The notes beneath the pieces are model-generated. The model did not search any database, had not been told where the DNA came from, and saw nothing but the letters and a program-made list of their open reading frames with translations. DNA of 64,000 nt from Candidatus Nomurabacteria bacterium RIFCSPHIGHO2_01_FULL_40_20 (GTDB lineage Bacteria > Patescibacteriota > Minisyncoccia > Phycocordibacterales > UBA9973): the NCBI GenBank assembly GCA_001786835.1, contig MFTO01000013.1:1002-65001 (forward strand). Reading direction: 5' to 3'. Of this stretch, positions 20,039 through 30,168 are shown one piece after another; the stretch's first letter is position 1; each line of letters begins with the position of its first letter. A program made the position numbers and the translations under genes.

Positions 20039-20100
20039 CCCGTTAGAAATTTAACTCTAATAATTTGACCTTTAAACCCGTTATTAAAATTTCTAACGGG
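20039..20100. repeat. Second copy of the CCCGTTAGAAAT...ATTTCTAACGGG inverted-terminus element, lying between the rpoC stop and the dnaG ATG and abutting that ATG
   Basis: Read directly; the 12/12 bp termini are perfect inverted repeats. Confidence 0.7.
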
Positions 20101-20116
20101 ATTCATGACTTTCTAA

Positions 20117-23100
20117 TTATTCTTCTAAACTCGCTTCTAATTTATTTTTCCCCGAGAAACCGCTTCCTTTGGAGGAAAATCCCGTACCGGCTGGGATAAG
20201 CCGTCCGATAATTACATTCTCTTTAAGTCCGCGAAGATTATCAACTCCGCCTTTGATGGCATTCTCGATCAAAACTCGATTGGTATTCTGGAACGAAGCT
20301 GCCGAGAGCCAGCTCTTGGTGCGAAGCGATACCTCCGTAATGCCGAGCACTATCGTCTCTCCTTTGGCAATATTGCCACCCGCTTTCTTTACTCTTTGAT
20401 TTTCTTCTATCAGGGCTGTGTTTTCCACGATATCGCCGACGGAAAAATTGGTCTCACCCGCATCTTTGATTTTTCTCCTTGAGAACATCTGGCGAACTAT
20501 TATTTCGGTATGTTTTCGTCCAATCGAAGCGCTTTGCATTTCGTAAACTTTATTTATTTCTCGGATGATGTAGTCTTCAACCAACTCTTTGCCTCCGTAT
20601 TTGAAGATTTCACTTATATCCGCAGACCCGTCAGTCAAAAGTTCGCCTTTTTTTACTTCATCTCCGGTTTTAACGAGCGGAATTCTATGAAAAGATGCCA
20701 CATACTCTATTTCGTTACCTTTCCCGTCACCCTTGCTCTCGCTCTGAACTTTGATTATTTTTTCTTTACCGTCTTTATCTTTCACTTCCACTACCACGCC
20801 ATCAGTTTGAGAAACTACTGCCGGATTTTTCGGAATTCGACGTTCAAATATTTCTTCCACCCGAGGTAGTCCGGTAGTAATGTCTGTTCCGGCTACACCT
20901 CCCTGATGGAATGTTCGGAGCGTCAGCTGTGTGCCCGGTTCACCGATTGCTTGGGCGGCAATAATGCCAACCGCTTCTCCTTCTTCCACGAGTTTATTTC
21001 TTCCCAAATCAAGTCCGTAGCACATACGACAAAGACCATGAACTGTCTCGCAAGAAAAAGGCGAGCGCACAAACACTTCTTCAAAACCCGCTTCTTCAAT
21101 TTTATAAGCTTCTTCTTTGGTGACCAAAAATCCTTTTTTATACGCCACTTTTCCATTTTTGCCTTTCAGGTCACCCGCCAATACTCGGCCACGGATATTT
21201 TTAGAAAGAGGAATTTCAATGCCGGAAATATTTTCTTTGGTGACAATTTTCCCTTCTTTTGTTCCGCAATCTTCCTCGGTTATCACCACATCTTGCGCCA
21301 CATCCACCAGTCGGCGGGTCAAATAACCTGCTTTTGCGGTATTGAGCGCCGTGTCAGAGGCGCCCTTTCTGGCTCCGTGAGTCGTCACGAAGTACTCAAT
21401 CGGAGAAAGTCCTTCATGATAGGATGGCAAAATCGGAAATTCCAAAGTTTTACCCTGGTTGTTTTGGATAAGACCTTTCATTCCGGTCATCTGTACCAAT
21501 TGACCCATCGAACCCCTGGCTCCGGAGGTAAATAAGTCAAAAGTAGGACCATTTTTATCCAGTGTAGCAGGCACGACTTTTTCCAAATCTTTCTTGGTAT
21601 TAGTCCAAACTTCAATAATTTTCTGGTATCTTTCTTTCTCAGATAAAAAACCGTCAACCCATTCCGATATAATTTGTTCTTCCGCTTTTTTACTTTCTTC
21701 GATAATTTTTACTTTCTCTATCGGTACCTTCACATTGTCGAGACCCCAAGTAATCCCCGAGACCGTGGAATATTTGAAACCGAAAGCTTTTATTTTGTCT
21801 AATATCGGAGGAGTAGCATCTACGCCATAATGCATGATAAGTTCATCAAGTAAAGCCGAGAGTCTTTTTTGATTCATTTCATCTCCCACATAAGCGAAAT
21901 CATCCGGCAAAATGCTATTGAATAAAAGTTTGCCGACAGAAGTTTCAAAAATCTCTCCTTTGAATTGACTGTATTTGATAGAATCGGTTGCCAAAACTTT
22001 TATTTTGGCGCGAAGCGACACGATATCATATTCATAGGAGGTAATAGCCTGGTTCGGACTGGCAAAATATCTTCCTTCCCCTTTTTCTTCATTTACAGAC
22101 TTTGTCATCCAAAAGGCGCCCAAAACTATATCTCGACTCGGGTGCACTATGGGATCACCATTCTGAGGCTTGAGTAGATTTTTGTTCGCCGCCATCAATT
22201 CTTTAGCTTCCCATTGCGCTTCAACCGAGAGAGGCACATACACCGCCATCTGGTCGCCGTCAAAGTCCGCATTGAACGCGGCGCAGACCAGCGGGTGCAC
22301 TTGCACGGCATTGCCTTCGATTAATATAGGATTGAAAGCTTGAATACCTAGACGGTGAAGGGTAGGCGCGCGGTTGAGTAATACATATTTTCCTTCTATC
22401 ACTTCTTCTAACATTGCCCAAACTTCCGGAGTACGCTCTTCTATGAGTTTATTAGCCCCGCGAATGTTAAAAGCGAGTTCCGCTTGCAGAATTTTTGAAA
22501 TCACAAACGGTCGGAAAAGCTCAAGCGCCATATGCTTCGGCAAACCGCATTGATTGAGCTTTAGTTGTGGACCGACAACGATAACCGAACGACCGGAATA
22601 GTCCACACGTTTACCGAGCAAATTCTGGCGAAAAAGTCCTTGTTTGCTTTTCAAATTATCCGAAAGAGATTTTAGTGGACGTTTTTGAGATTGGCTCATA
22701 GCCGCAGAATCATTTTGTTTGGCGATGGAATTATCAATCAGAGCGTCTACCGCTTCTTGGATAATTCTTTTTTCATTGCGAAGTATGACGTCCGGCGCAT
22801 TTATTTCTTTCAGTTTCTTTAGACGATTATTGCGATTTATCACTCGGCGATATAGGTCGTTTAAGTCGGAGGTTGCATGCCTGCCACCGTCGAGCGCCAC
22901 CATCGGACGAAGCACCGGCGGGATAACCGGAATAACAGTGAGGAACATCCACTCCGGTCTGATTCCCGCATAAGTCATAGCGCGAATAAGAGAAAGTCTT
23001 TTTTGTAATTTCTCTTTTTCGGCAGTGTTGGCTTTTTCCAGCATTGTTTCGGTATGCGCTTTTAATTTATTTAAATCCAGATTTTTAAAAATAGAATGGA

Positions 23101-23752
23101 TAGCTTCTGCGCCAATATTTGCCTCAAAACAAGTGCCGTATTTCAGAGAATAATGATGAAAAGAGATTTCATTGAGAACTTTTCCTTCATAAATTTCTCC
23201 GATTTCTTTCTTGGTGACAGAGAGAAGATTTTTTAACTTTTCGCGAGTTTCTTCGTCTGCTGCATTTTTTAATTTTGCTTTATATTCTTTCTCCAAGGAA
23301 GTAACCACGGATTCTTTTTCATCTTCGTGCACGCGAGTTATGATATAGCCAGCAAAGTAAATTACTTTTTCCAGGTCAGAAACAGAAATATTGAGAAGAA
23401 TGCTCATACGAGAAGGCACTCCGCGTAAAAACCAAATATGCGCCACCGGAGTCGCCAGTTCAATGTGTCCCATACGTTCTCGACGGACTATGGACCTCGT
23501 GACTTCCACTCCGCATTTCTCGCAAATTATATCTTTGTATCTTATTCGGCGATATTTTCCGCAATAGCATTCATAATCCTTCTCTGGTCCGAAAATTTTC
23601 TCGTCGAAAAGACCACCGCGTTCGCTTCGCCCCGTGCGATAGTTTATTGTCTCCGGTTTGGTCACTTCTCCATAGGACCATTCTTTTATTTGCTCCGGCG
23701 AGGAGAGCTTGAGTGTTATAGAATCAAAATCAGTTGTGTTTAATGTTTTCAT
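20117..23752 (-). CDS. rpoC: DNA-directed RNA polymerase subunit beta'
   Basis: [11 protein letters not shown] (the catalytic triad region), an N-terminal zinc finger (CYCGKY...CEKCGVE), and a length of 1211 aa. Confidence 0.97.
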   Translation of the reverse strand: MKTLNTTDFDSITLKLSSPEQIKEWSYGEVTKPETINYRTGRSERGGLFDEKIFGPEKDYECYCGKYRRIRYKDIICEKCGVEVTRSIVRRERMGHIELATPVAHIWFLRGVPSRMSILLNISVSDLEKVIYFAGYIITRVHEDEKESVVTSLEKEYKAKLKNAADEETREKLKNLLSVTKKEIGEIYEGKVLNEISFHHYSLKYGTCFEANIGAEAIHSIFKNLDLNKLKAHTETMLEKANTAEKEKLQKRLSLIRAMTYAGIRPEWMFLTVIPVIPPVLRPMVALDGGRHATSDLNDLYRRVINRNNRLKKLKEINAPDVILRNEKRIIQEAVDALIDNSIAKQNDSAAMSQSQKRPLKSLSDNLKSKQGLFRQNLLGKRVDYSGRSVIVVGPQLKLNQCGLPKHMALELFRPFVISKILQAELAFNIRGANKLIEERTPEVWAMLEEVIEGKYVLLNRAPTLHRLGIQAFNPILIEGNAVQVHPLVCAAFNADFDGDQMAVYVPLSVEAQWEAKELMAANKNLLKPQNGDPIVHPSRDIVLGAFWMTKSVNEEKGEGRYFASPNQAITSYEYDIVSLRAKIKVLATDSIKYSQFKGEIFETSVGKLLFNSILPDDFAYVGDEMNQKRLSALLDELIMHYGVDATPPILDKIKAFGFKYSTVSGITWGLDNVKVPIEKVKIIEESKKAEEQIISEWVDGFLSEKERYQKIIEVWTNTKKDLEKVVPATLDKNGPTFDLFTSGARGSMGQLVQMTGMKGLIQNNQGKTLEFPILPSYHEGLSPIEYFVTTHGARKGASDTALNTAKAGYLTRRLVDVAQDVVITEEDCGTKEGKIVTKENISGIEIPLSKNIRGRVLAGDLKGKNGKVAYKKGFLVTKEEAYKIEEAGFEEVFVRSPFSCETVHGLCRMCYGLDLGRNKLVEEGEAVGIIAAQAIGEPGTQLTLRTFHQGGVAGTDITTGLPRVEEIFERRIPKNPAVVSQTDGVVVEVKDKDGKEKIIKVQSESKGDGKGNEIEYVASFHRIPLVKTGDEVKKGELLTDGSADISEIFKYGGKELVEDYIIREINKVYEMQSASIGRKHTEIIVRQMFSRRKIKDAGETNFSVGDIVENTALIEENQRVKKAGGNIAKGETIVLGITEVSLRTKSWLSAASFQNTNRVLIENAIKGGVDNLRGLKENVIIGRLIPAGTGFSSKGSGFSGKNKLEASLEE

Positions 23753-23796
23753 TGGTTAATTTAATTAAAATTTATAATTCTTATTCTGATTTTGAC

Positions 23797-26700
23797 CTAA
23801 TTTTTTTCCCGCTTCTTTAAGTCCACATCGAGCGCGAGCCCTCGTAAATAATTTAGCATCACATTGAACGACGCAGGAGAATTTGGCGGTCTAATCTTCT
23901 CATTTTTAATGATGGAATCAAAGGTTTGTGAACGACCGGCTATATCATCGGACTTTATGGTAAGCATTTCCCGCAAACTGTAAGCGGCTCCATATCCTTC
24001 GAGCGCCCAGACTTCCATTTCTCCGAATCGCTGACCTCCGCCTTGAGCTTTTCCACCGAGAGGTTGCTGGGTAATAAGCGAATACGGTCCGATAGAGCGC
24101 ATATGGATTTTATCTTCCACCATGTGGTGGAGTTTGAGCATATACATATACCCTACCGCGATGTCTTGCTTGAAAGCGTCGCCGGTTCGTCCGTCAAAAA
24201 GTTGCATTTTGCCGTTTTCCGGAAGTTTTGCTTTTTTTAATTCTTCCATTATCTCTTCGTGGCTTGCTCCCAAAAAAGGAGGTACCACGGCTTGATAACC
24301 CAAAGTATTGGCAGCCAGTCCCAAATGCATCTCGAGTATTTGCCCCAAATTCATACGCGAAGGCACACCCAAGGGAGAGAGTATAATATCAATCGGCTTG
24401 CCGTCTTTGGTATATGGCATATCTTCCTCCGGTAAAATAGTCGAGATAACTCCCTTGTTGCCATGTCGCCCGGAGAGTTTGTCTCCAACCGAAATATTCC
24501 TGACTTGCGCGACTTCAATCACGATTTTTTTAATAATTCCGGCTTCAAGGGTATGACCCAAGTCGCGAGAAAAAATTTTAACGCCGATAATTCGTCCGCG
24601 TTTGCCATGCTCCATTCGAAGCGATGTATCTTTGACATCGCGGGCCTTCTCGGCAAAAATAGAGCGAAGCAGTCTTTCCTCTGGAGTAAGCTCGGTCTCG
24701 CCTTTTGGTGTAATTTTACCGACTAAAATATCGTTTTCTCTTACTTCCGCTCCAATGCGCACAACGCCATCTTCATCCAAATCTTTGAGTTTTATTTCAC
24801 CCACATTTGGAATATCGCGAGTGGTAATTTCGGGACCGAGTTTGGTATCGCGAACGGTAGCGATAAATTCTTCCACATACATAGAAGTAAACTTGCTGTC
24901 TTTTACTAACCGCTCGGAGATAATTATCGCATCTTCGTAATTGGAGCCGGACCAAGAAAGAAAAGCTACGAAAATATTTTGCCCGAGTGATATCTGACCT
25001 CCTACTGTACTTGTAGTATCAGCCAAAACATCGCCTTTTTTTACTTTGTCTCCGACATTTACCGAGGGACGTTGGTGAAAAGCGGCAAAGTTGTTGTTGC
25101 GCAAGAAATTTATGAGCTCGTAAGTTTTTTCCGACTTGCCTTTCACGACGATTTTTCTTGCATCTAGATAAGTTACAACACCTTCTTCCTCTGCTATCAG
25201 CAATCTGCCGGAATCTCGTGAAGCAAATTCTTCCATACCCGTTGCAACCAAAGGCGCCTCCGGCAATACACAGGGCACGGCCTGTTTCTGCATGTTGCTA
25301 CCCATGAGAGCGCGGTTGGCATCATTGTGCTCGAGAAATGGAATCATAGAAGTAGCGATAGAGAATCCCTGATTTGCAGCCACATCAATAAAGTCCACTT
25401 CCGCTGGAGGAATAAGCCCGGGTTGAGTTTTAATTCTAGCGGCTACTTTTTTGTCCGTTATTTTACCATCTTCGTCATAAGCAATTCCCGCATGAGCGAT
25501 ATTATATTTTTCTTCTTCAAGGGCATTTAAATAGACAACTTCGCCGGTAACTTTTCCTCCTTTGACTTTTATATATGGAGTTTCAATAATGCCGAATTCG
25601 TTTATTTTGGCGTAAGTGGACAAGTGCAAGATTAGCCCGATGTTCGGACCTTCCGGGGTGTGAATCGGGCAGACTCGGCCGTAGTGCGAGGGATGCACGT
25701 CGCGCACTTCTAGTCCCGCGCGCTCGCGAGTAAGACCTCCGGGACCAAGCGCCGAGAGTAAACGAATGTGCTCGATTTCCGCCAAGACATTTTCTTGGTT
25801 CATAAACTGCGAAAGCTGGTTGGTAGTGAAAAATTCTTTGATACGGGCCTGAAGCGGACGCTGATTGATGATGTTTATCGGCATAGCGGTATCAACGTCC
25901 ACGATGGACATTCGGTCTTGAATATTTCTTTTGATTTGCATCATGCCGGTGCGAACTTTCTGTTGAAGCATTTCACCGACGAAGCGCACTCGTCGCTGAC
26001 CCAAGTGATCTATGTCGTCGGCTTTGGCGCTCGGAGTATTGTTGAGTAAAATAATATTGTAAATAATTGTCGCCAAGTCTTCTTTGGAGAGTGTTCGGCG
26101 CGCAAGCTCGGTCTCTTCCATCCCCTTGTCAAAACGCTTGTTGAAACGATATCGGCCGACGGGCGAAAGATCGTATCGTTCAGGAGTAAAAAGTGAATCA
26201 ATAAACTCTTTGGCATTCTCCGCGGTAGCCATGTCTCCGTCTCGAAGACGCTTGTAAATTTCAATATATGTATCATTTAAGGTCTTGGCTATATCTTTCG
26301 CAAGACAAGTTTTAACTACTTCCACAAAAACATCGCTCGAGATAGAGTCTTCCCCACCCTCTGTGCCAGCAAATGATTTTTCAAAAGCTTTGAGCATTGC
26401 TTCATTTTCAAGATAGCCCATAACCCGAAGAAGGGTGGTTGCCGGGAATTTTCTTTTTTTATCTATGCGAACATAAATCGCTCCATCGACATCGGACTCT
26501 ATCTCAATCCAAACACCGCGAGCCGGAATTATTTTTGCGCCAAAATAACGCTTGCCTTTATTTTCAGACTCGGTAAAAAATACTCCGAAAGAACGCGCCA
26601 GCTGAGGCACGATTACTCTCTCTACGCCGTTTATAATGAAAGTTCCGTGTTTGGTCATTATAGGAAATTCGGACATAAAAATTTCCTGTTCTTTGACGGT

Positions 26701-27000
26701 ATTTAAAATTTTGTTGGTGAGCTTTACTTTTACCTTCAGATGTCCTTGGAAAGAGAGCTTGTTTACTTTGGAATAATTCTCGTCGTATTTTGATTCACCC
26801 AAGAAGAAAGAAGAAAACTCCAGTTGAAATTTCTTTCCGGAGTAGTCGGAAATTGGAGAGAATTCTTTGAAAACCTCGCCGATGCCTTTGCGCACCAACC
26901 AGTCGAAAGACTCGGTTTGCGCTTCTATTAAATTTGGGAACTTGATAAGAGGTTTTTTGTATCTTGAGAAATACTTTTTCGGATGTTTTGTTGTTTGCAT
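23797..27000 (-). CDS. rpoB: DNA-directed RNA polymerase subunit beta
   Basis: Conserved beta regions are present (FFGSSQLSQFMDQ-like QLSQFMNQEN, the GLTRERAGLEVRDVH region, and the C-terminal flap). A promoter -35 TTGACA (27107-27112) and -10 TATACT (27083-27088) lies upstream on the minus strand. Confidence 0.97.
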   Translation of the reverse strand: MQTTKHPKKYFSRYKKPLIKFPNLIEAQTESFDWLVRKGIGEVFKEFSPISDYSGKKFQLEFSSFFLGESKYDENYSKVNKLSFQGHLKVKVKLTNKILNTVKEQEIFMSEFPIMTKHGTFIINGVERVIVPQLARSFGVFFTESENKGKRYFGAKIIPARGVWIEIESDVDGAIYVRIDKKRKFPATTLLRVMGYLENEAMLKAFEKSFAGTEGGEDSISSDVFVEVVKTCLAKDIAKTLNDTYIEIYKRLRDGDMATAENAKEFIDSLFTPERYDLSPVGRYRFNKRFDKGMEETELARRTLSKEDLATIIYNIILLNNTPSAKADDIDHLGQRRVRFVGEMLQQKVRTGMMQIKRNIQDRMSIVDVDTAMPINIINQRPLQARIKEFFTTNQLSQFMNQENVLAEIEHIRLLSALGPGGLTRERAGLEVRDVHPSHYGRVCPIHTPEGPNIGLILHLSTYAKINEFGIIETPYIKVKGGKVTGEVVYLNALEEEKYNIAHAGIAYDEDGKITDKKVAARIKTQPGLIPPAEVDFIDVAANQGFSIATSMIPFLEHNDANRALMGSNMQKQAVPCVLPEAPLVATGMEEFASRDSGRLLIAEEEGVVTYLDARKIVVKGKSEKTYELINFLRNNNFAAFHQRPSVNVGDKVKKGDVLADTTSTVGGQISLGQNIFVAFLSWSGSNYEDAIIISERLVKDSKFTSMYVEEFIATVRDTKLGPEITTRDIPNVGEIKLKDLDEDGVVRIGAEVRENDILVGKITPKGETELTPEERLLRSIFAEKARDVKDTSLRMEHGKRGRIIGVKIFSRDLGHTLEAGIIKKIVIEVAQVRNISVGDKLSGRHGNKGVISTILPEEDMPYTKDGKPIDIILSPLGVPSRMNLGQILEMHLGLAANTLGYQAVVPPFLGASHEEIMEELKKAKLPENGKMQLFDGRTGDAFKQDIAVGYMYMLKLHHMVEDKIHMRSIGPYSLITQQPLGGKAQGGGQRFGEMEVWALEGYGAAYSLREMLTIKSDDIAGRSQTFDSIIKNEKIRPPNSPASFNVMLNYLRGLALDVDLKKREKN

Positions 27001-27082
27001 AACCTAAAGAGGCCTTTAAAAGGCTTTAAAATAATAATTTAGGAATGAGACATCCGAAACTCAATCAGTCAATCTTGCAGAG

Positions 27083-27112
27083 AAGTATACAGATTTCCAT
27101 ATTTTTGTCAAA
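27083..27112 (-). promoter_or_regulatory. Sigma-70 promoter of rpoBC: -35 TTGACA, a 16-17 nt spacer, -10 TATACT, then an about 75-nt leader
   Basis: Read directly on the minus strand 75-110 nt upstream of the rpoB ATG. Confidence 0.65.
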
Positions 27113-27125
27113 TTTTAACTGGGGA

Positions 27126-27818
27126 TTAACTCCTTCTCTTCCACCCCTCAATCTTTTTATGATTTCCAGAGAGTAGCACTTTAGGAACTTTATAACTTTT
27201 AGACTTCTTGCCCCGCCCTGGCGGGGTGTATTTTAAAATTTCTGGCCGAGTATAAACTTCGCTTGTTGACACTCGTTCTTCTTCTAGAGACTCAAATTTA
27301 CCAAGCACGCCTTTGATTTGACGAGAAATACAGTCTATCAGAACCATCGCGGGAAGTTCACCACCTGTGAGAACATAATCCCCTATTGAAATTTCTTCTG
27401 CTTTGAAAATTTTTACCACTCGAGTATCAATGCCTTCATACCTACCGGAAATTAAAATAATATCCGTATATTTTTTGACTGCACTCTTTGCATACACGGT
27501 TGTAAATTTTTTGCCTGATGGAGAGAAAAGAATAATTTTTGTTTTTTTATTCTTTCCCTTCGATGAACTCAAGGCTTTACTGACTGCGTGAATTATGGGC
27601 TCGGCACGCATTACCATACCGGGACCTCCACCATATGGTCGGTCGTCCACAGGTCGGTAATTATTCTGATTTTTATTCTTGAGCACTTTTACAAAATCGC
27701 GTGGATTATAAAATTTAAAATCTATCAGTTTGTTCTTTTTCGCCCGCGCCAAAATAGACTCGTTAAAATACGAACTAAACATGTTGGGGAATATAGAGAT
27801 AATGTGAAATTTAATCAT
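27126..27818 (-). CDS. trmD: tRNA (guanine37-N1)-methyltransferase TrmD
   Basis: FHIISIFPNMF, DDRPYGGGPGMVM and YVLTGGELPAMVLID are the SPOUT/TrmD knot motifs. Confidence 0.9.
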   Translation of the reverse strand: MIKFHIISIFPNMFSSYFNESILARAKKNKLIDFKFYNPRDFVKVLKNKNQNNYRPVDDRPYGGGPGMVMRAEPIIHAVSKALSSSKGKNKKTKIILFSPSGKKFTTVYAKSAVKKYTDIILISGRYEGIDTRVVKIFKAEEISIGDYVLTGGELPAMVLIDCISRQIKGVLGKFESLEEERVSTSEVYTRPEILKYTPPGRGKKSKSYKVPKVLLSGNHKKIEGWKRRS

Positions 27819-27937
27819 AAAAAATTGCTGTGCCCGTCCGTAGCTTTAGCGCAGGAGGGTAATAACGTGGAAACGCATAAAAATACTATAATCTAAAACT
27901 GTAAAAACTGCCACTCAACAATAATCAACAATAAATA

Positions 27938-27971
27938 TGACACAAATTCTGCATAGGCAGAAAGTATGTCA
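27938..27971. repeat. Palindrome IR(a): TGACACAAATTCTGC-ATAG-GCAGAAAGTATGTCA (15-4-15, imperfect), directly 3' of the paralog-1 stop and about 40 nt upstream of the trmD -10
   Basis: Read directly; it is related to IR(b) and IR(c). Confidence 0.8.
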
Positions 27972-27975
27972 TTAT

Positions 27976-28455
27976 CTATATTTTGTATGGCTTTGCTAAT
28001 TTAAATGTTTTGATGCAATCTTTCAACCTTATCTCATCCAAATATTTCAAAAAATCTTTCGGCAAGGGTGATGGTCCGACCCAAACACTTTTTTGAATCA
28101 TAATGTAACTAAATTTTTTCAAATGAAAACGAAACCACTCTCTTTCAGCTTTTTGAACTACTGGTATATCAAACATAACTATGAGATTTTTAGACAAATC
28201 AACCGTTGTTGGTCTTGAAAAAGATTTCAATGAATCTTCTTTTCTCTTGAGATACTTTTTACCGTTAGCGGTTATTATAAAGCCATTTAATTCTTTCTTA
28301 ATTAAATCATTTCGAGCCAAGCGGTCAGCACTAGAGCGCAGACTTCTCCTTGAAAAACTATTAAAACGAGGAATGCCGAAAAGGTTAACGGGTACACCTT
28401 TATACTTTATTTCTGTATTCCAAAGTTCTTTTAAAATTTCTTCCACCATAGACAT
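27976..28455 (-). CDS. Winged-helix plus PaaX-middle-domain/Cas2-like protein, paralog 1. The track start is 28488 (GTG inside a palindrome), but the likely start is ATG at about 28455 (MSMVEEIL...).
   Basis: The C-terminal half (LIVMFDIPVVQKAEREWFRFHLKKFSYIMIQKSVWVGPSPLP) resembles E. coli PaaX (WLLLL...VKKQLIWQGFGALAPSLMASP) and the Cas2 beta-alpha-beta core (YDV...QNSVFEC). The N-terminal half is wHTH-like. Its paralog is at 52547..53035. Confidence 0.6.
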   Translation of the reverse strand: MSMVEEILKELWNTEIKYKGVPVNLFGIPRFNSFSRRSLRSSADRLARNDLIKKELNGFIITANGKKYLKRKEDSLKSFSRPTTVDLSKNLIVMFDIPVVQKAEREWFRFHLKKFSYIMIQKSVWVGPSPLPKDFLKYLDEIRLKDCIKTFKLAKPYKI

Positions 28456-28482
28456 GGAAGAAGTATACTCTAAATAAGTTTC

Positions 28483-28516
28483 TGACACAAATTCTGCATA
28501 GGCAGAACTTGTGTCA
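28483..28516. repeat. Palindrome IR(b): TGACACAAATTCTGC-ATAG-GCAGAACTTGTGTCA, overlapping the -35 region of the paralog-1 promoter (-10 TATACT at 28463-28468, then a leaderless ATG)
   Basis: Read directly. Confidence 0.8.
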
Positions 28517-29350
28517 TTAAAGATATTTCTTTTTATCCCTTTTAGTCATATATTTTTGACGATCAAACCTAGGTATATTCATCTCGTCTAGGGTTTTGCG
28601 CATTTTTTGGATATCTTCTAAATTTATACCGAATTCACCACTACCGCTTTTACTATACCGATTTTCAACACCAGCATATCCTTCTCTGTCTTTGTAATAA
28701 TCAGACTTAATAGTTGCTGCTGACTCAACTTTGATTATTCTTTTTGCTGTATTTTCTTTTGCTCCCATTGCTTGCATTGCAATCATCCTTTGAAAGGCTT
28801 TATTGGTGGCAACCTTGGTTTTCATTGTTTGGATAATAGACCTCACTCCACTTTGTATTGACTTGCCAAAGAGAACAACAATCATTCCAAGTTCGGTAAT
28901 TGTTAATGTATCGTATATATTACTAAAATCACCGCCTATATTATTTGAAATAGCTATGGAAAGATTAACAATCCCATCAGAAACTGGACCGTAATTTAAG
29001 AAGTCGGCTGCTAGTCCAGCGGCAATGAGACCCTTAATAATCGCCCCTTTCACATATTTGCTAGGGCGAGTAAGGTTTTCTTTGATATGCTTTTTGAGAT
29101 TTTCTTTTTCAACGTCATATTCGGTCTTGCCACCTTTTTTTAATTCGCCGGTATCTGGATTGGTATCTTTTAAATACGGACGTTTTTGCATTTCACTTTT
29201 AATATCAAATATTTCCGTAGCAAGTTCAGAATTCTTTTCCGTTATTTCAATACCGTAAAGTACAGAATTGGCATCGTCAAAATTGAGTGTTTTCTCTAAC
29301 CGCATCCTGTCCTCTTTTGAACCCATAGGTATAAAATTTTCGTTTGTCAT
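28517..29350 (-). CDS. Hypothetical protein with a central hydrophobic/Gly-rich segment (gene B of the palindrome-flanked island)
   Basis: A 277-aa ORF with no recognised domain and a hydrophobic stretch IIKGLIAAGLAADFLNYGPVSDGIVNLSIAISNNIGG.... Confidence 0.4.
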   Translation of the reverse strand: MTNENFIPMGSKEDRMRLEKTLNFDDANSVLYGIEITEKNSELATEIFDIKSEMQKRPYLKDTNPDTGELKKGGKTEYDVEKENLKKHIKENLTRPSKYVKGAIIKGLIAAGLAADFLNYGPVSDGIVNLSIAISNNIGGDFSNIYDTLTITELGMIVVLFGKSIQSGVRSIIQTMKTKVATNKAFQRMIAMQAMGAKENTAKRIIKVESAATIKSDYYKDREGYAGVENRYSKSGSGEFGINLEDIQKMRKTLDEMNIPRFDRQKYMTKRDKKKYL

Positions 29351-29370
29351 AATTTTTACTTTATTATTTT

Positions 29371-29535
29371 ATAAAGAAGCTTTCTCCGGTATCGACTTTA
29401 CTATATCTAAAAATTCACCGGAAAGACCTTTGACTATGTCCAAATACTGAAGATTTTCTTCTTCAGTAGCGCTACCGTCTTTCACTTTTTTCGCTAAAAC
29501 TTCAAGTTCTTCTATTGTAATTGGTTCCATATTTT
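29371..29535 (-). CDS. Possible 54-aa acidic small protein upstream of gene B (found by hand)
   Basis: It translates to MEPITIEELEVLAKKVKDGSATEEENLQYLDIVKGLSGEFLDIVKSIPEKASL*. A TTGACT-17-TACACT promoter containing a G10 tract lies upstream. Confidence 0.25.
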
Positions 29536-29567
29536 TATAAATTAAAACTTGTAATACCTAAAGTGTA

Positions 29568-29577
29568 CCCCCCCCCC
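29568..29577. promoter_or_regulatory. Homopolymeric C10 (G10 on the coding strand) tract inside the 17-nt spacer of a TTGACT/TACACT promoter driving the small-ORF/gene-B operon
   Basis: The minus strand reads TTGACT-taattgcGGGGGGGGGG-TACACT. Confidence 0.6.
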
Positions 29578-29598
29578 GCAATTAAGTCAAGGGGAGAA

Positions 29599-29642
29599 AT
29601 CAATGACACAAATTCTGCCTAGGCAGAATATGTGTCATTGAT
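29599..29642. repeat. Palindrome IR(c): ATCAATGACACAAATTCTGC-CTAG-GCAGAATATGTGTCATTGAT (20-4-20), upstream of the small-ORF/gene-B promoter
   Basis: Read directly. Confidence 0.8.
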
Positions 29643-29648
29643 TTTAAA

Positions 29649-29676
29649 AACAAAAAACTCGGTTTCCCGAGTCCTT
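29649..29676 (-). terminator. Rho-independent terminator of the rpsP-KH operon
   Basis: The minus strand reads ACUCGGGAAACCGAGU followed by U6 (plus strand AAAAAACTCGGTTTCCCGAGT). Confidence 0.7.
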
Positions 29677-29714
29677 TGCTAGAACCTAGTCACTAGTAGA
29701 CTAGAACCTAATTT

Positions 29715-30047
29715 TTATATCCCTTTCAAATCTTCCATCGCTTGGTCTACAGTCTTTAGGCTAGAAGCTCCTCCTTCGGACCTTTCAGGCCTGCTACCAC
29801 CTTCCGGCTCGTTTATTTTCAGATTTACGCGAGCGTTATTTTTCATCCCGATGATACGTAGAAGTGTGCGGATAGCTTTGGCGGTGTTGCCCATTCGCCC
29901 GATAATCTTGCCCATATCGGCAGGGTTCACGGTGAGCGTTATGAGCACCCCCATCTCATCGACAGTACGATCGATTTTGACATCATTCGGATTATCAACG
30001 AGAGCTTTTACTACATATTCTAGAAATACCTTATCTTGGTCTTGCAT
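29715..30047 (-). CDS. KH-domain RNA-binding protein (YlqC/UPF0109 family) of the rpsP operon
   Basis: VKALVDNPNDVKIDRTVDEMGVLITLTVNPADMGKIIGRMGNTAKAIRTLL is the KH GXXG motif, and the gene follows rpsP. Confidence 0.8.
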   Translation of the reverse strand: MQDQDKVFLEYVVKALVDNPNDVKIDRTVDEMGVLITLTVNPADMGKIIGRMGNTAKAIRTLLRIIGMKNNARVNLKINEPEGGSRPERSEGGASSLKTVDQAMEDLKGI

Positions 30048-30168
30048 GTGTTTCAGAGAATAAATATTTTAATGTTATCAATTGTGCAGTATACGACCCA
30101 ATGACTGCATGCGGTAATTATACCCCGTAGTAAAATTTTTGCAAAATTTACTACGGGGGCAGGCAAAA

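Noticed and set aside
20169-27000. Numerous 60-210 aa plus-strand ORFs inside the rpoC and rpoB coordinates
   Set aside because: They are antisense to strongly conserved RNA polymerase genes and are shadow ORFs.
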